The notes below the pieces were generated by a model that saw only the letters and a list, made by a program, of their open reading frames with translations, had not been told where the DNA came from and searched no databases. Source: Planctomycetota bacterium (GTDB lineage Bacteria > Planctomycetota > UBA8108 > SXIK01). Taken from it: a DNA stretch of 64,000 bases. The stretch is taken from assembly GCA_965223265.1 (NCBI GenBank), contig OZ244999.1, forward strand, positions 6,720,001 through 6,784,000. The letters run 5' to 3'. This document shows, piece after piece, positions 1 through 9,585 of this stretch. The translations under genes and the position numbers were made by a program. Numbering within the stretch: position 1 is the first letter of the stretch; each line of letters opens with the position of its first letter.

Positions 1-3000
1 GACCGGACGACGAGCTCATAAGCACGCCGTGTTGCCCATTCCCGAGATCGAGCGTCCCCGTTTTGTCGGTGCCAATGAAGTTGCCGACAACTTGATTCCC
101 GCTGCCGGATCCGAAGAGAGTCACGCCGTTGACGTTGTCCCCGATGACGTTGGCGTCGCTGAAACTCGTCGAACCGACCACATTGCTCGCTCCGCCGCTG
201 ACGAATACACCATTACTTGTGTTACCAAGCGCAAGAGTGCCGCTTACGTCGACTCCAAGATGGCTTGCGACGATGGTGTTGGAGTCTGAGAGAATGAGGA
301 CACCGTTACCGGACGCGCGGTTGATCGTCAGCGCACGAAGTGTACTCCCCGAGCTGGCGGCCTGCAGCTCAAGACCATCACCGGGTCCGGCAGACGAGCC
401 ATCGATCTCGACGATCGGAGCGTCGACATACCCAGGCTGCGAAGACCCGTCGATTACGACCGTGTCGGTGATCGCGGGCAGCGGTGAGGTCGGAGCGATG
501 CTCCACCAGCTTCTCGCGAAGTCAGGGTCGGGGTTGACCAGCGCTGCGTCCGTGGCCGCGGTCGTCGCCGTGACGTTTGCCAGTGACACTTGCCCAGCGA
601 CGCCGTCGTCGACGTAGTAGAAGTGCCCCGCGTCAATCGCCGGAATGTTGAAGAGAATCGACACCGTACCCCCCGTAGCGTTGGCGGCCAGGATCGCCTC
701 AGGCAACGAGATACCGTCGCCTCCATCGCTCGCAATGAGCGACGCGACGGAAGTCGTGACTCCATTGACAGCGTCGCTGGTCGTTGTCACGGTGAGGATC
801 AACGGCGTCGTCGCGAGGTTTTGCGCAAACTCCGACGTGTCGGCGTAGGTGTCGGCGCCTGTCTTGACCGTCGCTGTCGCCGTGACTAACTCGCTAACGG
901 CGACGGTAGCGCTCAGGGTGACGTCGAAAGTCGCGCTGCCGCCTCCATCCGTGGTCACCTCGGTGAAACCGAGTAAGTTCTCTCCTTCGCCGTGACTTGG
1001 GACGGTAGAGGTATCGCCGGTCACGTTGGCGAAGAACTCGATGCGGAAAGTTGTCGCCGCCGTACTCGACAGAGAGCCAGAGATGGTGACCGAGTCCACA
1101 CCGTCGGTTCCCGCGTAATCGATCACCGGGAAGTTCTGGAGGTTGTTCGAGCCAACGTCGATGTCACCCGCGTCGTTGGCAGTCAATCCGTCCGCGGTGC
1201 TCGTGTTGCTAAGATCGATTCCGAGACCGCTATTCGAGTGGATCGTGTTGCCGAGAATGGCATTCCCTGCCCCGTCGAAGACGAACACACCTTCGTCGCC
1301 GTTGCCGACGATGACGTTCCCTTCACCGACCCCTGTTCCGCCAATCAGATTGTTATTCGACGGCGGATTTCCACCAACCGAATCGCCGAAGACGACCACA
1401 CCTTCGTCAGTGTTGCCGATGAGAACTGTCTGTGTCGCGTCGTAGCCGATGATGTTGCCTTGGACGACGTTCCCATCGGAGCCGTCGGTGATCGTGACGC
1501 CGTCGTCGTCGTTCCCGGAGATGAGGTTGTTGAGGACGAAGTTGCCGTCCCCGAAGAAAATGTTGATGCCATCGCCAAGGTTGCCGAGGTCAAACGCCCC
1601 GTTGACGTCGGTGCCGATGTAATTCCCCTGGATCACATTGCCGGTGCCAAGATCGATACCGACACCAGAGAGGGTGTTCGCGGAGATAATGTTTCGATCA
1701 CTGACGTTGGGCCCACCGATCGTGTTGTTGTTGCCACCGTCAATGTTGACGCCGGTCGCCTCGTTGCGGAGCGACGGCACGCCGGTGCCGGCCGCGTCCG
1801 GTCCAATGTAGTTGCCGGCGATGGTGTTGTTATCGCCTGTGATGTAGATACCGTCGTCGCCGAACTGACTGACGATGAGGCCGCGGATCGTGCTGTCGTT
1901 CGTATTCAACACCAGGCCGTCGATGCCAACGGCAGTCGAGCTGCCGTCGAGCTCGACGACAGGCGCACCGGCATAGCTCGGCTCACTGGTGCCGTCGATG
2001 ATGATGGGGTCGGTGATCGCCGGCAGCGCACCGAGCCCGGTCGAATCGACCACGATGGTGTGCGGCCCGCCACCCGCGATGTTGAAGAGGATCGTGTCCG
2101 TGCCAATGGTCGCATTCGCGGCGGTGATCGCCTCGCGGAGAGAGATTTGCCCGTCCACGCCTGGATTCGAGAGCAGCGCTGCCACCGAGGATGTATCCGG
2201 AGCGTCGAGCGTGTCCGCAGTCGTGTCGACGACAAGAGCCGTCACGAGTCGGGCGACGAATGCATCCTCGGCGCCGCCAAGCGGCCCGTGAGTGATCGGG
2301 CCGGCAACGGAATCGAAGACGGTGTTCGTCGTGTGGCCGGAGACTGATGCTCGACCGTCCGTGTCGACTGCGATGCCCGTGGCAACGTCGGTGCCGGTGC
2401 CGCCAAGGAAAGTCAAATAATGCAAACGTTCCAGGTCGGCTGAGAAGATCGCAGCGAAAGCATCCGTCCCACCGTCGAAGTCGCCGTCGTGAGCATGTGG
2501 TGTAGCTGGGAGGTTAGAAGAAGCCGTCGATCCGACGACATGCACTCGCCCAATCGCGTCGACGAAGATTTCACGCGCGTCGTCGTTATCACTGCCTCCC
2601 AAGAACGTCGAGGCGACAAGCGTCGCCGCACCGCTTTGGGTTGTGTCGATCCGCAGGACAAACGCCTCCTCGGCGCTGTCGAACGAAGTGTCGAATCCAT
2701 CGACCGTGGTCGGGAACAGAGGCGACGCGGTCTTTCCTGTAACGTAGACGCTTCCGTCTGCGGCGAGAGCCACCGCGAGCGCCTCGTCAACTCCGACGTC
2801 ACCTAGGAACGTTCCATAGAGGAGCGAGGTACCGGAACTTTCAAGAACGGCCAAGAAACCGTCGGACGTTCCGCCGCCGAACGTCGAGTCGAACGCATTT
2901 GGCGTCGCGAAATCGGTCGAGTCGGTGATGCCGGTGATGTAGATGTCGCCGGCGGTATCCACCGCGACGTCAGTCGCGTTGTCGACCGCGCTGCCACCGA

Positions 3001-5668
3001 GATAGGTCGATATGAGCAGCGACGAGTCGCCTGACTGTGAAGAGTCAAACGTGGCAACCCAGGCGTCGTCCGTCCCATCGAGAACGGTATCGTACGCACT
3101 GCGTGTTGTCAGGTCCGAAGATGTGGTGCCTCCCACTACGTACGTGATGGCGGCGGCATCGACGACGAGGTCTCCCACTGACTCGGAACCCGTTCCACCA
3201 AAGTACGTAGAGTAGTCGAGTGTGTTGCCGCTGGAGTTGATGCGGGCGACGAAAGCGTCGTTTGTGCCGGAAAGACTGCCTTGGAAGGCACCAGAGACCG
3301 GCAGGTCGTTCGAACTTGTCGTCCCGGCGAAGTGAACGTTACCGCTCGCGTCGACGGCAATCCCCTCGACGCTGTCCGCCGCCCCGCCACCAAAGTAGAG
3401 CGAGTAGAGCAGACTTCCGGTCGCGTCCAACTTCATCACGAACCCGTCCTGGCCACCAGCTGGGGTGAGCCCTAGCGTGCCCGCGGTCGGGAAGTCGGTA
3501 GAATCAGTCTGACCGGCAACGTAAACGTTTCCGGACGCATCCACTGCGATATCGTTGGCTCGATCGACGGCCGTGCCGCCGAGAAAGGCGACGTAGTCAA
3601 GGATCGGATCGATGACGAGCGGCACGCTTGGGTCGTAGGCACCCAATGCGAATCCCACGCTACCGTCTTCGAAGTGGCTGTAGCTGCTAGCGACAAGTTG
3701 CCGACCTTCAGCGCTGTCCTGATAACTCACGGGCGCCTTGAAGCGTACCGTTTCGCTAGATCCGGAAAGCGTCAGCACGAGGTCGCCGTTCTCCGCCACC
3801 ACCACATGATCGGCACCGGAGAACCGAAGCCTGATCGCGTCGGTGTCGGCGCCAGGCGCGACCTCAAAGTCGAACTCGAGGCGGCCGTCGCTCCCATAGT
3901 ATCGGACGTCGACTCCGTCGTAGACGTCGGTGTAGGAGACCTCACCGTAGTTGGCAATTCCGGTCAGCCAAGCCTCCGGGTCACGACCGAGAAAATAGCT
4001 CGTCGTGCTCTCGAGGAGGTCTCCGCCTGAGGCGCGGGCCAGTGCGTCACCGCCGACCAGATCCATACGCAGGACGTGATCGGAATCACCCGCGTCGAGC
4101 GCCACGACGGCGCCGGCGTCGGCCAGGAAGATCGAGTAACCGCTTCCTTGCGCGAGAAAGTCTACCGCGGCGTCGCTCTGGCCGACATTCGCTTCGAAGC
4201 GAATCGGAACGTCCGTGAACACCGACGTGGAAGCGGACGTTTGAGGCAGCTCAGCGTCGTCGGCGTCGAGTGTCGCGGTGTCAGTCGGCGAGTGTTCTTG
4301 GGCTAAGCTCTCTTGTTCCGGCTCTTCAGTAGCGTCGAGTTCCAGGTCCGACAACGCGACCTGGTCCGGTGACGCGTCGGTCGTGATCTCAGCGCTGAGA
4401 TCTTCATCCGTCTCCGCTGCGACGCTTTCCGTCGCTTCGGGGACGGAGACGCCGTCAGCGCCAGCCCCTGACTGCTCCGCGGGCGTGGTTTCTGCTATTT
4501 GGTCAGAGGCTCCGTCGTCAACGTCGGTTTCTTGCAAGAGAGCATCCGACTCGTTCCTGGGATACTCGCCGGCATCGTCTTTGCTCACTGCTTGATCTGA
4601 ATCAAAGTTCTTGGCCGGCTCCAGCGGCACCTCAGCGGGATCGGTCTCTGTCGCCGACTCAGACGGTTCAGAGCCCGAAAGAGCCGCTTCGACGAGAACT
4701 GACGCCGAGTCGGCGTCCGTCGTCGGTTGACTCTCTCCAAGTGCAGACGCGTCGACGACCTCGGTGTCGTTCGAGGTCGTGATGATATCTGTGACGTCCT
4801 GTTCCGGCGCTACGGCGGAGACACCGTCGTCGTGCACGGTCGTCCCATCGATCGCATCGTCAGCGAAGTCGCGAACGACGGCGCTAACAAGTCGCTCGAC
4901 GGTGACGCCGTGCTCCGCCGTCTTCTCCGCGGCGACGCGAAGACCCGGCGCCTCGGGATGCGGATGCAGGCGCGGCTTGGACGGTGCATCGAGATGAGAG
5001 TCTCCGCGTGAGTTCGCTTCGGCGATCTGCGTCGCGACGGCCGGCAACATGGTGCCGCGGCTCCAAAGCGCCGCGACCGAGTCGTCACTCGTCCCGTCGA
5101 CCGCTGCATCGGTGGTACGATCCGACGGATCGATGGCATCGATGGTGACATCGATAACGTTGCCGCCAACGACCTCGTCGAGAGTGTCGACGTTGCCGAT
5201 CTCCGCGGAGTTGGCTTGCGCTGCGGAATCACTCGACGCACTCACGTGCTCTTCGGCGTCGGAAGACGGTTCAGAATCGAGAAACACGATGTCGAATCCG
5301 TCTCGATGGTCGGCCGCACCAGATGGGTGAGTCCTATCTGTCTCTCGATCGAGATGTTCCGATCGGTCACTCTCCGGAGTCGGAGTCGACGCATGACGCG
5401 AGTCGACCTCAACTTCCTCGAGCGCATCGGCCAGCTCAAGATGGAATCCTGCCGTGGCGTCGTAAGCACCGACGTCGATCACGACGCCGTCGACGACTGC
5501 GCTCTGACTTGCGGCAACCTCCGAGGCGAGTTCGATGCCCGGAACGCTGTCAAGAACACTGGCCGCACCGCTGCCGACCATCGCCATGGCATCGAGCGCG
5601 ACGCCGGCGGCATCAGCCGAGAGCAAAATCCTCGGTTCAAGTTCTTCCAGCGAGTAACTGTCGCGCAC
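1..5668 (-). CDS. Giant LEPRxLL-domain surface/secreted protein, 3' end beyond window (>1,889 aa): acidic linker, DUF7948-like domain, SBBP beta-propeller repeats, CSLREA-like/beta-helix repeats
   Basis: Manual translation: GTG at 5668 (in-frame TAG at 5681-5683 bounds it) gives VRDSYSLEELEPRILLSAD. The same frame gives VPIRFEANVGQ (~4190), YSTYFGG..GIAVDASG repeats (~2300-3600), ISLREAITAANA (~2130) and GTLDLGNGQHGV at the window edge. The ORF track lists no stop-bounded ORF in this frame, consistent with an unbroken ORF. Confidence 0.9.
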   Translation of the reverse strand, partial: MRDSYSLEELEPRILLSADAAGVALDAMAMVGSGAASVLDSVPGIELASEVAASQSAVVDGVVIDVGAYDATAGFHLELADALEEVEVDSRHASTPTPESDRSEHLDRETDRTHPSGAADHRDGFDIVFLDSEPSSDAEEHVSASSDSAAQANSAEIGNVDTLDEVVGGNVIDVTIDAIDPSDRTTDAAVDGTSDDSVAALWSRGTMLPAVATQIAEANSRGDSHLDAPSKPRLHPHPEAPGLRVAAEKTAEHGVTVERLVSAVVRDFADDAIDGTTVHDDGVSAVAPEQDVTDIITTSNDTEVVDASALGESQPTTDADSASVLVEAALSGSEPSESATETDPAEVPLEPAKNFDSDQAVSKDDAGEYPRNESDALLQETDVDDGASDQIAETTPAEQSGAGADGVSVPEATESVAAETDEDLSAEITTDASPDQVALSDLELDATEEPEQESLAQEHSPTDTATLDADDAELPQTSASTSVFTDVPIRFEANVGQSDAAVDFLAQGSGYSIFLADAGAVVALDAGDSDHVLRMDLVGGDALARASGGDLLESTTSYFLGRDPEAWLTGIANYGEVSYTDVYDGVDVRYYGSDGRLEFDFEVAPGADTDAIRLRFSGADHVVVAENGDLVLTLSGSSETVRFKAPVSYQDSAEGRQLVASSYSHFEDGSVGFALGAYDPSVPLVIDPILDYVAFLGGTAVDRANDIAVDASGNVYVAGQTDSTDFPTAGTLGLTPAGGQDGFVMKLDATGSLLYSLYFGGGAADSVEGIAVDASGNVHFAGTTSSNDLPVSGAFQGSLSGTNDAFVARINSSGNTLDYSTYFGGTGSESVGDLVVDAAAITYVVGGTTSSDLTTRSAYDTVLDGTDDAWVATFDSSQSGDSSLLISTYLGGSAVDNATDVAVDTAGDIYITGITDSTDFATPNAFDSTFGGGTSDGFLAVLESSGTSLLYGTFLGDVGVDEALAVALAADGSVYVTGKTASPLFPTTVDGFDTSFDSAEEAFVLRIDTTQSGAATLVASTFLGGSDNDDAREIFVDAIGRVHVVGSTASSNLPATPHAHDGDFDGGTDAFAAIFSADLERLHYLTFLGGTGTDVATGIAVDTDGRASVSGHTTNTVFDSVAGPITHGPLGGAEDAFVARLVTALVVDTTADTLDAPDTSSVAALLSNPGVDGQISLREAITAANATIGTDTILFNIAGGGPHTIVVDSTGLGALPAITDPIIIDGTSEPSYAGAPVVELDGSSTAVGIDGLVLNTNDSTIRGLIVSQFGDDGIYITGDNNTIAGNYIGPDAAGTGVPSLRNEATGVNIDGGNNNTIGGPNVSDRNIISANTLSGVGIDLGTGNVIQGNYIGTDVNGAFDLGNLGDGINIFFGDGNFVLNNLISGNDDDGVTITDGSDGNVVQGNIIGYDATQTVLIGNTDEGVVVFGDSVGGNPPSNNNLIGGTGVGEGNVIVGNGDEGVFVFDGAGNAILGNTIHSNSGLGIDLSNTSTADGLTANDAGDIDVGSNNLQNFPVIDYAGTDGVDSVTISGSLSSTAATTFRIEFFANVTGDTSTVPSHGEGENLLGFTEVTTDGGGSATFDVTLSATVAVSELVTATATVKTGADTYADTSEFAQNLATTPLILTVTTTSDAVNGVTTSVASLIASDGGDGISLPEAILAANATGGTVSILFNIPAIDAGHFYYVDDGVAGQVSLANVTATTAATDAALVNPDPDFARSWWSIAPTSPLPAITDTVVIDGSSQPGYVDAPIVEIDGSSAGPGDGLELQAASSGSTLRALTINRASGNGVLILSDSNTIVASHLGVDVSGTLALGNTSNGVFVSGGASNVVGSTSFSDANVIGDNVNGVTLFGSGSGNQVVGNFIGTDKTGTLDLGNGQHGVLMSSSSG

Positions 5669-6565
5669 GGTGCAGTCAACCTAGAGAAGGCAAGAGAATC
5701 GATCGATTTGAAGGGAGGCGTTCCCTCATGGTTTCTATCGGACAGCCCAGGGAACGGCACCAGCACAGCAAACCTCATCCTCGTAATCAGCGTTTTCTTC
5801 ACGACTTCCGATGGGCCTGTAACCATCCGCGACCGACCAACGATCGACCAACGACCGTACGGACCGTCCCCTCCGTCCCCACCTCAGTGCACAAGACCTC
5901 GGCATCGACATCGAACGACGCTCGCACAGTGAACCCGTGACTCCGGGAAACGAAACCGCTGGAAGACGCCCTCGACGCGTAGCGAGGTAGCTGCGCTGTG
6001 ACCTCGCGTTGCGATTGGCGAAGCAAAGAGCAACACAATGCATGGACGCGAAGCAGCCGCGCGCGGCTTGCAGTTCGCAGTCAGATTCCAAGAGACGCAT
6101 CACAAGTGAACAGATTTCAGCGATCTGCTACGACCTCGCCCCAGAGCTGAGCGCAGGCTGTCGCGCGAGACTGTCGCACTTGCCACCGATCCAACCGCGG
6201 AAACCGCTCCGTCTGGACCACGCTGACATTCAGCGTGACTCGCCGTCACGCACCCCTTCCATGCTCAGATAGGCACTCGTTGCGAAACTACGTGAGAGTC
6301 GCAAACTAGACAAACACCGCCCGGGACGCGCGCGGAGATCCCGCGGTTCGCGGCGCCGATGCCAAGACCGCGGCAGCATCGCCGCGAGTCGCCGATTGCG
6401 GGGCAAGACGCCACGGCTGAAGTCGTCCCGTTAAAACTAGACGACGTTGTGACTGTTGTCTTGCCGGAGGCGCTGTTCGGCTCAACTGCCCTCTTGCAAC
6501 TTCTCGGGTACCGATCTAATCTCTCCCGAAACGCCCCCACCACCGACGCCTTCCTGGAGTTTGCC

Positions 6566-6970
6566 ATGAGCACCGATTCGTCGAGAGTCTTCCTGGAAAA
6601 ACTCGAAGAGCTCGAGTCTCTGCGCGCTGCCGAGATACCCGCCGACCGCCGCATCTCACCGCGTGTTCCGGTGCGTGGTGAAGCCGAGATGTTGGCTATC
6701 TCGGGAACCAGCGTGACGTCGAACCTTCTGCCGATCCAGATCCGTGACATCTCTTGGGCTGGGCTAGGATTCTTGTGTAGCGAAAAGCTCGTAGCGGATT
6801 CGCACTGGCGCATCTGCTTCATGGATCACGGCGAACAAATGGGGCAAGGCCGACTCATGGTGCGCCACTGTCGCGAAGTCAACGAGGGAATTTGTCTCGC
6901 TGGCGGCCTGTTCGTCATCGAAGCGTCGATTCCCGCACTTTTTGGTGTGCGCACGAGCGAACTTTCGTGA
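6566..6970 (+). CDS. Stand-alone PilZ-domain (c-di-GMP receptor) protein
   Basis: RxxxR (DRRISPR) and DxSxxG (DISWAG) motifs; GGAG upstream of ATG 6566. Confidence 0.8.
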   Translation: MSTDSSRVFLEKLEELESLRAAEIPADRRISPRVPVRGEAEMLAISGTSVTSNLLPIQIRDISWAGLGFLCSEKLVADSHWRICFMDHGEQMGQGRLMVRHCREVNEGICLAGGLFVIEASIPALFGVRTSELS

Positions 6971-7591
6971 TTGGCGTGCTTTGCGCCCGCCGGTTTCGGC
7001 ACCTCGTCTGAAGCGCCAAGACGTCGCCTGCACGGTGCACGACCTCCGACGCCAGCGGCGGCTCGAAGACGGACGAAGGCGCTCTCGTCGTCACTCTTTT
7101 TCAGGCTCTCGGATTCGGGTGGGGTGAGCGAAAAGTGCCGCATGAGCCCCGACGCTCGTCTGCGGCAAAGAACTCGCGTGATCAGACAGAAAGAGTAGCG
7201 TACGAACACGCCTTCTGCAGCCATCGCGGGCGCCCCGCCCTCGCCGTCGGAAGCCTTCGCGCGGAGCTAAGGGCGCCACCGTCGTGACTACGCTTCGCGC
7301 CGACGAGTGCACAATCGCTCGGGGCGACGCCATAGGTTCTCCGCGATCATATCTTCCTTGCTCCGTGCTTATCGGAAGCGTCCAAACGCGGTCCGTTTGT
7401 CGCTCCGTCTTACGTTCGCCACAGCCGCTGAACGCGAATAGACGACTTTCAGCTCGAAGCACCATTTCTCCACAGACTGCATATATATCATCGTCACGGT
7501 CTACCCCGCGGGGAAGGGCCGAAACAGTTGAAGATTCCATCAAAGTTCAGCCGATCTTTGTTGTGTCCAACATCGGTACTCGACCGACGCA

Positions 7592-9574
7592 ATGTCAAAT
7601 TTGGTGACCACATTCACGTCGCCAGAGAGAACGCGCTCTGGGCAACCAAAGATCATGAAGAGTCACTCGTCTACGCAGTCAATTACCGAACCGCTCGAGC
7701 ATACCGAACGGGCGAGGCAACACTCAGCTGACAATGCGGAGAACAAGAGCCCCTCATCTCTTGCTCAACTGTGTGCCGCCTGGATCGAGAATCAATGCCG
7801 CAACACGGGCGCAATTAGCTCAGCGTTCGCAACCCTCTTGAGTGCCGAGTCAGGCGACGCGATCAAACTTTCGTGGCCGCACTCGATCGCCACATCTTCG
7901 GAAGTCGAGCTGACAGCGGCTTCCGTCGAGAAGGAACAGCGCGTTGTTGTTCGCCGAGTTACGCGGAAGACCACAGACACGTCGACGGGGGAGGCGGCCA
8001 AGTCGATCCACATCGGACTGCCGCTCAACCGCGGCTCCGATCGTATCGGCACCGCGGTATTCGTTACGCACGATCAGTCCGACGGTTCGACGCATGCTCT
8101 TGCCAAGAGGCTCTATCAGAGCAGCGATTGGATCGATGAGCTCGCAGGGCCGATAACATCGCGGTCGCCAACCGAGAACTCCGCCTCAACAACCTCTCCC
8201 GATCTCCGCTTCGTGTTCGAGAGGTTTTGCACGCTGCTGGAGCAGGACCACTGGGAGACCGCATTGACTGCGTTCATGACGGAGTTGGCCTCTCACTTCG
8301 ACTGCGATCGCGCCAGCCTCGGGTTCGCGCAGCGCGGGCAGATTCGCCTCGCCGTCGTCTCAAGCACGGTGGAACTCGATCGCAAGACGAATGCAGCCCG
8401 CGCGATCGAGCGCTGCATGGACGAATGCTATCACCAAAGCGCGATCATAAAGTATCCGGCATCCGCGGCTGCGAGTGGGTCAGAATTTCGACTGACACGA
8501 GCTCACGATGAGTTGGCAAGGGAACTCAAGGCCGCTGCCATCTACTCCCTCCCCATTGTCGCTCACGGGGAAGTGATCGGGGTCGCAACCTTCGAGCATC
8601 GCGGCGCGGACGGACTCAGCGACCGAGCCATCTCGCTGTGCGATCTGGTGCTCGGAATGGCAGCTCCCTACCTACGACTGAGGCTTCGTGAACAGCGCCC
8701 GTGGTCAATCCGCGCGGCAGACGCGGCTGCAGACCTCAAGTCACGCTTCGCCTCGAAGGGCCATCGCGGCTGGAAAATCGGCGCTGCCTGCGCAGTGTTA
8801 GGTAGCCTCTTTCTATTCTTTGCCCACGGAGACTTCAGAGTTACGTCCCCTGGAATCCTGGAAGGATCGGTACAACGCTCACTCGTCGCCCCGTTTGACG
8901 GGTTCGTGCGAAGCTCCGAGATCCGGGCCGGTGAGGTCATTGCACAAGGCACAACACTTTGCACTCTGGATGATCGAGACCTCACACTCGAGGAGAGTAA
9001 GTGGCGCAGTGAGAAAGAGCAGATCGACAAACAGTACCAACAAGCCCTAGCCGAGCATGACGCCGTCGGACTCAAGATGCTCGCCGCGCGGAGCCGGCAG
9101 GCCGAGGCGCAGTTGAACTTGATTCGTGATCACATCAGGAAGACCCGTGTGGTTGCACCATTCGATGGAGTTGTCGTCCGCGGCGACTTGAGTCAGTCGA
9201 TCGGGGCGCCGGTGGCGCGTGGTGACGTACTCTATCAGATCGCTCCGCTCGATGGGTATCGAGTCAGCTTGCTGGTGGATGAACGAGATATCGCACACGT
9301 GAGCGAGTCGCAGCACGGCCGACTTGTGCTTCCGGCGTTTCCAGGTGAAAGCCTGCCGTTTGTTGTCACGAACGTCACGCCTGTCTCCACGACCGAGGAA
9401 GGACGAAATCACTTTCGCGTCGAAGCGAAACTGACTGAGAGGCCGAGTATTCGACTTCGTCCTGGTATGGAAGGTGTCGCCAAAATCGAAGTCGGTTCAA
9501 GAAACCTGTTCTACATCTGGACCCGCGGCGCCATTGAATGGCTGCAGCTGTGGTCATGGAAGTGGCTCCCATAG
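7592..9574 (+). CDS. GAF-domain HlyD-family membrane-fusion (periplasmic adaptor) protein
   Basis: GAF-like region (CDRASLG..SLPIVAHGEVIGV), single TM, APFDGFV..GE and APFDGVV..GD lipoyl half-motifs around a coiled coil, C-terminal LRPGMEG. Confidence 0.85.
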   Translation: MSNLVTTFTSPERTRSGQPKIMKSHSSTQSITEPLEHTERARQHSADNAENKSPSSLAQLCAAWIENQCRNTGAISSAFATLLSAESGDAIKLSWPHSIATSSEVELTAASVEKEQRVVVRRVTRKTTDTSTGEAAKSIHIGLPLNRGSDRIGTAVFVTHDQSDGSTHALAKRLYQSSDWIDELAGPITSRSPTENSASTTSPDLRFVFERFCTLLEQDHWETALTAFMTELASHFDCDRASLGFAQRGQIRLAVVSSTVELDRKTNAARAIERCMDECYHQSAIIKYPASAAASGSEFRLTRAHDELARELKAAAIYSLPIVAHGEVIGVATFEHRGADGLSDRAISLCDLVLGMAAPYLRLRLREQRPWSIRAADAAADLKSRFASKGHRGWKIGAACAVLGSLFLFFAHGDFRVTSPGILEGSVQRSLVAPFDGFVRSSEIRAGEVIAQGTTLCTLDDRDLTLEESKWRSEKEQIDKQYQQALAEHDAVGLKMLAARSRQAEAQLNLIRDHIRKTRVVAPFDGVVVRGDLSQSIGAPVARGDVLYQIAPLDGYRVSLLVDERDIAHVSESQHGRLVLPAFPGESLPFVVTNVTPVSTTEEGRNHFRVEAKLTERPSIRLRPGMEGVAKIEVGSRNLFYIWTRGAIEWLQLWSWKWLP

Positions 9575-9585
9575 GGATCGACGCG

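Noticed and set aside
992-2347. 451-aa plus-strand ORF and the other ORFs overlapping 1-5668
   Set aside because: Antisense or off-frame shadows of the giant minus-strand gene; no recognisable motifs.
6270-6365. GGCAC..GAAA..CGCAAA resembling a c-di-GMP-I riboswitch upstream of PilZ
   Set aside because: P1 pairs poorly and the P2/receptor elements are not evident; needs an Infernal scan.
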